A DNA stretch of 7,348 nucleotides from Ascoidea asiatica JCM 7603. Taxonomy: Eukaryota > Fungi > Ascomycota. Of the stretch, positions 1 to 7,232 are shown piece by piece. Made by a program: the position numbers and the translations under genes. The stretch is taken from NCBI GenBank assembly GCA_001600695.1, contig BCKQ01000001.1, forward strand, positions 1,668,557-1,675,904, read 5' to 3'. The notes beneath the pieces were generated by a model. It was not told where the DNA came from. It saw only the letters and a program-made list of their open reading frames with translations, and did no database searches. The stretch's first letter is position 1. Each line of letters begins with the position of its first letter.

Positions 1-702
1 GGTTATAAAACTCCATATGATAATGTTGATACTGTTTTAATTAGAGAAAATACTGAAGGTGAATATTCTGGTATTGAACATACTATTGTACCTGGTGTTG
101 TACAATCAATTAAATTAATTACAAAACCTGCTTCTGAAAGAGTTATAAAATATGCTTTTGAATATGCAAAATCAATTAATAAACCTCATATTTTAGTTGT
201 TCATAAAGCTTCAATTATGAAATTATCTGATGGTTTATTTGTTCAAACTGCAAAAGAAATTGCAAAAAATTATCCAGAAATTACTTTAGATTTTGAATTA
301 ATTGATAATACTTGTCTTAAATTAGTTACTGATCCAACTCAATATTCAAATGTTGTCATGGTAATGCCAAATTTATATGGTGATATTATGTCTGATTTAT
401 CTTCTGGTTTAATTGGTGGTTTAGGTTTAACACCTTCTGGTAATATGGGTGATAATGTTTCTATTTTTGAAGCTGTTCATGGTTCTGCTCCTGATATAGC
501 TGGTAAAAATATGGCTAATCCAACTGCTTTATTATTATCTTCTTGTATGATGTTAAGACATATGTCTTTAGATCCATTTGCTGATAAAATTGAAAATGCT
601 GTATTAAAAACAATTGCTTCTGGTCCTGAAAATAGAACTAAAGATCTTAAAGGTAAAGCTGGTACTGATTATTTTACTCAAAAGATTATTGAAAACTTAT
701 AA
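1..702 (+). CDS. IDH2: Mitochondrial NAD-dependent isocitrate dehydrogenase catalytic subunit 2, 5'-truncated by the window edge
   Basis: Frame 1 is open from base 1 ([41 protein letters not shown]...) through the listed 217..702 ORF to TAA at 700-702. It contains [48 protein letters not shown] and [23 protein letters not shown] is the catalytic (Idh2) subunit form rather than the regulatory Idh1 form. The ATG at 217 is internal. Confidence 0.96.
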   Translation, partial: GYKTPYDNVDTVLIRENTEGEYSGIEHTIVPGVVQSIKLITKPASERVIKYAFEYAKSINKPHILVVHKASIMKLSDGLFVQTAKEIAKNYPEITLDFELIDNTCLKLVTDPTQYSNVVMVMPNLYGDIMSDLSSGLIGGLGLTPSGNMGDNVSIFEAVHGSAPDIAGKNMANPTALLLSSCMMLRHMSLDPFADKIENAVLKTIASGPENRTKDLKGKAGTDYFTQKIIENL

Positions 703-810
703 TCTTCTAAATTAATTTCAATCATTTAAATCTTACTTCTCATTTATCTATCTCTTTATTTAATAATTTATCTTATGTCTTAATAAATATTAATATTCAA
801 AAATTAAACT

Positions 811-911
811 CGGAAAAGAATTAAAACACGGCCCGCTACCGGATCCAGCACCACCGACGGATACAACTCACTTTTCTATCCGCTTTCGCATTTTTTGTAT
901 ATTTTTCGGAT
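811..911. promoter_or_regulatory. GC-rich CGG/CCG island; candidate zinc-cluster TF binding sites upstream of the TF gene
   Basis: CGG at 811, 829, 840, 858 and 907; CCG at 833, 839, 854 and 880, all within an otherwise very AT-rich intergenic region. Includes the inverted pair CGGATA (858-863) / TATCCG (877-882). Confidence 0.6.
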
Positions 912-927
912 TATTCAAAGCAAACAG

Positions 928-1014
928 CAATTGAAATAAACAATTGAATTAAACAATTGAATAATAAATAATGAAGTAATAAATAATGAAGTAATAAAGT
1001 AATAAAGTAATAAA
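928..1014 (+). repeat. Short tandem repeats in the probable 5' leader of the TF gene
   Basis: 13-bp CAATTGAAWWAWA x3 (928, 941, 954), 15-bp TAATAAATAATGAAG x2 (962-976, 977-991), then TAATAAAG x2 plus a partial copy (992-1014). Confidence 0.85.
971..994 (+). promoter_or_regulatory. Two identical minimal uORFs (Met-Lys-stop)
   Basis: ATGAAGTAA at 971-979 and 986-994, each with A at -3, lying 81 and 66 nt upstream of the ATG at 1052. They are functional only if the transcript starts upstream of them. Confidence 0.45.
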
Positions 1015-1051
1015 TATAATCAATCAATTAATTAAATACTGTTAATCACCA

Positions 1052-3467
1052 ATGGAATCAAGGAATTCAAGTAACTTCAAAAGAAAAAGAGTATCAAAAG
1101 CTTGTCAAAGTTGTAGATCAAGAAAGATTAAATGTAATGGTTTAAATCCATGTAATAATTGTAATCATTATAATGTTAATTGCCAATATTCTGAAAAATT
1201 AGATTATAAAAAATTACTTAATAATAATATCAATAACTTTAATGATAATAATGATAATAATATCAGTAATACTAATTTAAATCAAATTTTAAATAGATTA
1301 CAATTACTTGAAAATATTTCAAATTTATTCTTAATTAATGATAATTCAATCAAAATTGATCAAAAAACTAATTTATTAGAATCTTTGAAAAAAAACATAT
1401 CTTTAAATAAAAATGAAAATATTATTAAAGATTTAAATGAATCAAATACTGCAAAAATTGATAATAATAATTCAAATTTAGTTACTCAACTTATAAATGA
1501 TTCAATTGATAAATCAAATAATATATATAATAATTCAATTAAATCATTTGAAAAATCAATTGATAACTCAATCGATAACTCACTTGAAAACTCAGTTGAT
1601 AACTCAGTTGATAACTCAGTCAATAACTCATTAATAGATTTAAATAAAAATATTCAAATTCCAAATTATAATATTTCAAAGATTTTAAATAATAATAATG
1701 AACATTCAAATTCAAATTCAAATAATTTTCCTAAATCAAAAAGTATCTTTAAAACTACTTACCCTTTTAATCAAATGTTTTCATTACTTTCTCCATCCGG
1801 TTTAGCTTGGTTAGAAAATTCTTTATCTAATATCAATAATAATAATAATAATAAATTAGATAAAAATAAATTATATAATATAAAATTTAATCCAATTAAA
1901 TCTCTTAAAAGAATTGATAGTCATATAAAACAACATAGTCTATTTGAATCTAAATTATGGATTGAATCAGTTTCAAATAAAAATATTCATCCAATTCCAA
2001 ATATAAATTTAGTTAAATTAATCTTAGATATAATTTTTAAAATTAATTATCCTGTAACTTTAACAAGTCAAAAAGAAATCTTAAATATTTTTGAAAATTA
2101 TTTTATTTTTATAAATCCAAAAAATTTATTAAATAAAAATAATTCAAAATTAAGTTTCGCAGATTTTTTAATAATGAATTGTGTACTTTCTTTTGGTTGT
2201 TCATTATTAAATCAATTAAAAAATTTGAATAAAAATATACCAAATGATATTATTGATTTTAAAGATTTATCTTTAAAATATTATATAAATTCAATATATT
2301 ATTTTCAAAAAATTTCAATTATTGGTGATGGAATTAAAGCAATTAAAGGTATATTATTATTATTTTTTCTAGGTGAAGGTTTTTATACAACTGGTGCAAA
2401 TTCATTATTAATTTCAACTGCAATTCGATTAGCTCAAAGATTATCATGTCATAGAAAAGAAAGTTATATGATAATTCAAGATGAAAATGAAATTAAAGAA
2501 AGAAAAAATCTTTGGAGAATTTTATATTATCTTGATAATTCAATGAGAATGGCAAAATGTCAAATAATTAATGAAATTGATAATTCTTCAATAAATGAAT
2601 TTGAAATTATAATTTCTGAAGATAAAAAAAATAAATTTAATAAAGTTGAAGAACTTGAAATTTTATATTTAAATAATAAAGTTGAATTTAAAAATTACTT
2701 GGAAACTTTCTCAAAATTAAATTTATTATCATTTATTAAAGTTATAAATTTTTCAAGAATGAAATTAGCAATTTTAAATTCAAAAATTTATAATTTAGTT
2801 TTAAGTGCAACTGGTGCAAATAGTGAATATACTTTTAAGAATGGTGGTATAATAATAATAATTAAAAAATTAAATAAAGAATTAGAAGATTGGAATGATG
2901 GACTAATTGAATGTTGTAAAATTTCAAATATTGATAATCTTAAAATTCAATTAAAAGAAAATTATAATATAAATTTAAATAATGAAATTTTTCAAGAGGA
3001 ACCTTGTAATTTAATTGAATTAAGATTAGTATATTTTCATAGTATGATAATTTTGAATAAATCATCATTAAAAATTCCATGGTATTCAATTGAAACTCAA
3101 AATAAAAAAAATGAAAATGATATAATTCAAAAAGAATTTTATTTAAATTGTTTAAAAAGTTCAAGAAATATAATAAACTTATCATCATTAATTTTATTTG
3201 GAGATATAAAATATGAATTAAATTTTGTAAATTGGTGTTTTTTTTATTCAAGTATTGGATTTATGTGTCTTGTTAGTTTGGTTATGCAATTTCCAAAAAA
3301 TAAAAAAATTGAAGAAGATTTATTATTACTTATAAATATTTCAGATAATTTTATTGAAAAATTAGTTAATGATAAACAAATTTTCAGAGATTATTATTTT
3401 AATTTATCAATTTCTATTAGAGAATTAACAAAAGTTGCTATTAAAGTTTATGAAATCAACCATTTCA

Positions 3468-3513
<46 letters not shown>

Positions 3514-4480
3514 TATTAATATTAATAATAATAATGATAATAATATTAATAAAAATAAGGATAAGTTAAAATTTAAAAAAAAAGTTGAAGAATATTTGAA
3601 AAATGATATAATAATTGAAAATACTATATTTAAAGAAATTAATGAGAAACAGAAGGAACTTGAAAATGAAAATGAAAGTTTAAATAATGGTACCAATAAT
3701 AATAATTTAAAAAAAAGTGTTCAAGAAGAAATGGGTGAAAAATATCTTAAAGAAGTTAAAGCAGAAGTTCATGAATTTTTATCATCAAAATCAAATGAGT
3801 TTCATAGTTTCAATGAAAACAAAAATATTGAAATAGAGAAAACGAATATAAATATGAATATGAATAAGAATATAAATAATGAAAATCCAAATCCAAACCT
3901 AAATCTAAATCAAAATAGAAACAGAAAACAGGGTGAAAACTATACTAGTATTAATAGTGATATTAATATGATAAATGACGTTGATAATATAGAGTTCCAT
4001 ATCAATCAAAATATAGGTAGCAATTTCAATCAAAATAACAATGAAAGTATCAATGAGAATATTAACGGGAAAACAAATGTGAATATTCCTGTAAATAATA
4101 GTATGAATAATAGTAAAAATAATTCTATGAATAATTCTATGAATAATTCTATGAGTAATACTATGAATAATTCCATTAGTAATACTATGAATAATACTAT
4201 GAATAATAGTATTAATGGTATTGGAACTAATACCTGGCCCAATACTTCAAATTTGACTGAAAACCTTAGTGAGAATATAAATAATTATAGTAATAATGAT
4301 AATGATTTTGATCAAAGTGGGTATTTCAATCTTGATAGTATTCTTTTTGATAATATTGAATATCCAATTGGATACAGTTTTTATGATATTATGAATACAA
4401 ATAATGAACTTACCAATAATCAATTAAATAATGAAAATCAATTTGAATTTGGAAATCCATGGAATTTTACTTTCAATTGA
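1052..4480 (+). CDS. Zn(II)2Cys6 (Gal4-type) fungal transcription factor, Mrr1/Hal9-like, 1142 aa, Asn-rich
   Basis: KRKRVSKA-C18-x2-C-x6-C-x5-C-x2-C-x6-C44 binuclear cluster (nt 1103-1183). Fungal_trans/middle homology region STAIRLAQRLSCHRKESY...ERKNLWRILYYLD (nt ~2414-2536). The segments FSLLSPSGLAWL and NSIYYFQKISIIGDGIKAIKGILLL recall the Mrr1/Hal9 subfamily (from memory, not a search). Acidic/aromatic C-terminal tail typical of an activation domain. Family is secure; orthology is not. Confidence 0.93.
1559..1630 (+). repeat. Coding 12-bp minisatellite, 6 units
   Basis: Consensus GTTGATAACTCA, encoding IDNS IDNS LENS VDNS VDNS VNNS. Confidence 0.9.
3470..3511 (+). repeat. (AAT)14 microsatellite encoding poly-Asn
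   Basis: 14 perfect AAT codons, followed by degenerate AAT-rich sequence to ~3550. Confidence 0.95.
4091..4210 (+). repeat. Coding 12-bp minisatellite, 10 units
   Basis: Consensus ATGAATAAT(TCT/AGT/ACT), encoding VNNS MNNS KNNS MNNS MNNS MSNT MNNS ISNT MNNT MNNS. Confidence 0.9.
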
Positions 4481-4719
4481 AATTGAAAAAATTTTATAAA
4501 AGATTATTTATTTTATCTATGAATTTTCTCTGAATATATATTATGCAAGTTAATTTCAGAGAAAATGGAAATTAATTAACAAAATGGGAGGGATTTTTGG
4601 GCTTTATATATATATTCTATTTTCTAGATTTTCAAATCTTTAGTTAACTTTACTGTATTTTTTTATCTTTTTTTATTTGATTTTTTAGTCAAATTGAACT
4701 CTTTTTATTGTTTCTTTAT

Positions 4720-5195
4720 CTATATCGAATTAATTAGCCTGTAAGCTTAAAGTTGGGTTCTTTCAGTCAAGAGAAAGTTCGGAACTATGCTGTCTTTAAA
4801 TACTAATTGGTCTCCGATTGCTATCTCTCTATCACTCAATACCGGGGGAAAATCAATAAAATTTCAAATGATTATTCAAACTCACGTAATCAAATCGATG
4901 AAAACTTAATCCTAAAGAAAAAAAAAAGTAATATGGTGAAATTTATTTCAGATTTAATTTTAATATATGTGCCTTTGTTTTTTAATCAAATAATAAATTG
5001 AAAAAAATTTTGCAACTAATTGACAATAGCTTATCTGAATAGTTGATCATCCTTTAAAATTGTAAAAGGCACACTTATTTTTACTATCATCTTCCTCTAG
5101 ATCATTATTAGCTTCTAAATCTAGTTTTGGATCCTGGATTTGACTCTCAGATCTGAACTATTTTTTGAATCTTCTTTTATTATTATTTCACTGAA
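4720..5195 (-). pseudogene. Decayed relic, apparent paralog of the orphan gene at 5656-6897; boundaries approximate
   Basis: Manual minus-strand translation: DLEEDDSKNKCAF/TILKD (from 5103, 1-nt frameshift in the 4-base run at 5064-5067) vs ORF DLETINEKSQYAYKLLNN. FFQFII*LKNKGTYIKIKSEINFTILL vs FFTPVFCEDQKNKFKEIRSNIDLKNKILL. V*III*NFIDFP (from 4881) vs LNIILQKYFETP. Multiple stops and frameshifts; no intact start. Confidence 0.55.
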
Positions 5196-5572
5196 CCACA
5201 AAGGCTTTTTACTATTTTTTTCAATGAATTTTAGTATTCTTTGTAATAAAATTCGCTGTTCAATGCATTAAAACGTGACCTTTGCGCTGAGTATACCGCG
5301 AAATCAAAATATCATTTACGAGGCAGTTTTCCTTAATCTAAGTTCAAAGAGGAGTGTTTTGGCTACTGCAACTTACATTAAGGCTAACTTTAATTAACTC
5401 TAAATTTTAATTGTATGCTAAATTGGTGTTTTTTTATATTTGATTGCTCTGCTTCATTGATTTGTTTGCTATTTAAAAAAATTTTTCACGTTTGTTTTAT
5501 TTACAGTTAATAGATTAACCATTATTCTTGTTGTCACTGATCAAATATTAATATTTTATATCCGAGCTCTAA

Positions 5573-5580
5573 TATAAAAA
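5573..5580 (+). promoter_or_regulatory. Candidate TATA box for the orphan ORF
   Basis: TATAAAAA matches TATAWAWR and starts 83 nt upstream of the ATG at 5656. The AT-rich background lowers its specificity. Confidence 0.45.
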
Positions 5581-5655
5581 GGGTATTTTCCTCAAATAAT
5601 TCTTATTTTTTTATTATAATTTGAAATTTATTCATCATTAAGAAGTAATTCAGTA

Positions 5656-6600
5656 ATGTCTACCAATTTCATAGTTAAGAAAACAAATACAAGTTCAGAT
5701 ATAAATACAAGTTCAGATATAAATACAAGTTCAGATCTAAATACAAGTTCAGATACAAATTCAAATTCAGATACAAATTCAAATCAAAAAGAAGAGAACG
5801 AAAAAAATGAATTTGATACCGATTTGGAAACAATTAATGAAAAATCTCAATATGCATATAAATTGTTAAATAATGCTTTACCGCCAAATTTTGATGTTGA
5901 TGACTCAAGATTATTTACTGATGCACTCGAAGAAAATTATACATACTATTTTTTTACCCCAGTTTTTTGCGAGGATCAAAAAAATAAATTCAAAGAGATT
6001 CGTTCAAATATTGATTTAAAAAACAAAATATTATTATTGGCATATATTATTGATTTGTTAGGTTTGCTAATTAATATGGGTGAGCATCCTGGAATTGCAT
6101 ATGTTGAGAAAATTTATGTGGATTTTATTATTAAAAGTTTTTTTATCAATGCATCAAAGCTTTTCAGAAATTTATTAAAATATCTTTTTTTATTAATGGA
6201 AGAAAAAGTTCAAATTGCAAATATGAATGAAGATTTAAAACCAATTTTTTTTGAATTTTTTTCCTCGAATTCCTTTTCAATAAATTTTGATTTATTTAAT
6301 TATTATTTAGCTTTTATATCACATTTTGGTAAAAATAAATTAATCGTTAATACCAACAATAATCCACCAAAAGGCTTAATAAATTTAATTGGCCTGTATT
6401 TGGAAGTTGGGAGTGAAAGTTACTGGATATGTGGAAAGAAATATTTCGAAACACTTTCTTTGAGCCTTGAGGATTTGTATACAAAAATTGGTTTAAGTTA
6501 TAGTCATAATGATAAATTTTTAAATTTAATTGAATCTATAAAACCAGCTGAAAAAATAATTAAAAAAGTGAGGGAAAATAAAAAAGGTGTAAAATATTAA
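5656..6600 (+). CDS. Hypothetical (orphan) protein, 314 aa as read; probably the 5' part of a ~413-codon gene interrupted by TAA at 6598-6600
   Basis: 314 open codons in highly AT-rich DNA, with an upstream TATA-like element, a Ser/Thr/Asn/Asp repeat N-terminus and then a complex, probably helical region. No family recognised. Confidence 0.7.
   Translation: MSTNFIVKKTNTSSDINTSSDINTSSDLNTSSDTNSNSDTNSNQKEENEKNEFDTDLETINEKSQYAYKLLNNALPPNFDVDDSRLFTDALEENYTYYFFTPVFCEDQKNKFKEIRSNIDLKNKILLLAYIIDLLGLLINMGEHPGIAYVEKIYVDFIIKSFFINASKLFRNLLKYLFLLMEEKVQIANMNEDLKPIFFEFFSSNSFSINFDLFNYYLAFISHFGKNKLIVNTNNNPPKGLINLIGLYLEVGSESYWICGKKYFETLSLSLEDLYTKIGLSYSHNDKFLNLIESIKPAEKIIKKVRENKKGVKY
5683..5784 (+). repeat. 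Coding 18-bp minisatellite, ~5.7 units
   Basis: (ACA/ATA/CTA)AATACAAGTTCAGAT x4 (5683-5754), then the variant ACAAATTCAAATTCAGAT and a partial copy. Encodes TNTSSD INTSSD INTSSD LNTSSD TNSNSD TNSN. Confidence 0.92.
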
Positions 6601-6897
6601 TATTATTATTATTCTGAATCACCATTTATAGGTATGATAGCCATCTCAACAAATCTTTATATATCAACAGTCCAATTAAACTCCTCAATGGAAAACTGTT
6701 CTGAAAAGATTAGAACAAAAACTTTTTTTTCACATTCCAAAGGAAATACTTTGAAGGATTTGAATATCATACTTCAGAAATATTTTGAAACTCCTCGTGA
6801 TTTCGAGCCAAACAAATTACGCCTTTTCGATAAAGATTATGTCCCGATCGAGGCTTCTATATTTTTTCATAATCGAAAAATCAAAAGCTTGATCTAG
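6601..6897 (+). pseudogene. In-frame continuation (98 codons) of the orphan ORF beyond its stop
   Basis: Same frame as 5656..6600. 6601-6633 reads YYYYSESPFIG with no stop and runs straight into the listed 6634..6897 ORF. Confidence 0.6.
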
Positions 6898-6924
6898 TTA
6901 AAGGCTATTTTAAATTCATTTTAT

Positions 6925-7232
6925 TTAGTATAATTTACTTATTTTAATTTTCTCAAGTATTTTCTTTGTTCTATAATCTATGAAATCAATTTTTTTCATC
7001 ATTTCGCATCTTCTGGGCTGTAGAATCTGCTTCCTTAAAATTTCAGAAAACTTTTTTCTCGTTTCTATTGAAAGTCCATTATTATTTGAATAATTTCTAC
7101 TTTCTAATTTCTTTTTTGATACAATCAACTTTTTTCAATTCATTATTTGAACTTCTAATAAGATTTTCAATTACATAAATTTTACCAGCGTAACAGCTTA
7201 GAAGAAACTGTAGATGGAATTGTAACCTCATA
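6925..7232 (-). other. Possible frameshifted coding relic of unknown origin
   Basis: Two overlapping minus-strand open stretches: MRLQFHLQFLLSCYAGKIYVIENLIRSSNNELKKVDCIKKEIRK* and the listed TTG-start 67-aa ORF, joinable by one frameshift in the A-runs near 7110-7135. No recognisable domain. Confidence 0.25.

Noticed and set aside
217-702. 161-aa ORF as a complete protein
   Set aside because: The frame is open from base 1 with conserved IDH2 sequence; ATG 217 is an internal Met.
2940-3251. Minus-strand 103-aa ORF
   Set aside because: Antisense to the conserved TF core, low complexity, no motif.
3448-3696. Minus-strand 82-aa poly-Leu 'membrane' ORF
   Set aside because: Antisense shadow of the (AAT)n poly-Asn tract.
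4030-4242. Minus-strand 70-aa hydrophobic ORF (LFIE/LFIV repeats)
   Set aside because: Antisense shadow of the 12-bp MNNS minisatellite.
4807-5001. Plus-strand 64-aa ORF
   Set aside because: TTG start in a eukaryote, short, no motif; it lies antisense to the minus-strand relic.
5271-5303. GGTCAC (Rtg1/3 R-box-like, minus strand 5275-5280) and CGCGAAA (SCB-like, 5297-5303)
   Set aside because: Single short matches with no clustering or conservation evidence. They lie in the putative divergent promoter but cannot be supported.
5619-5624. ATTTGA matching the ATNTGA upstream conserved sequence of yeast cytoplasmic linear plasmids, 37 nt before the ATG
   Set aside because: Too frequent in AT-rich DNA to be informative; a normal TATA-like element is also present.
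5683-5784. 18-bp repeats as a CRISPR array
   Set aside because: Contiguous in-frame coding units without spacers, in a eukaryotic context.
6632-6637. AG|GTATGA splice-donor-like site that could join to the flocculin fragment
   Set aside because: It lies downstream of the stop at 6598-6600 and there is no canonical TACTAAC branch point; no coherent gene model without transcript data.
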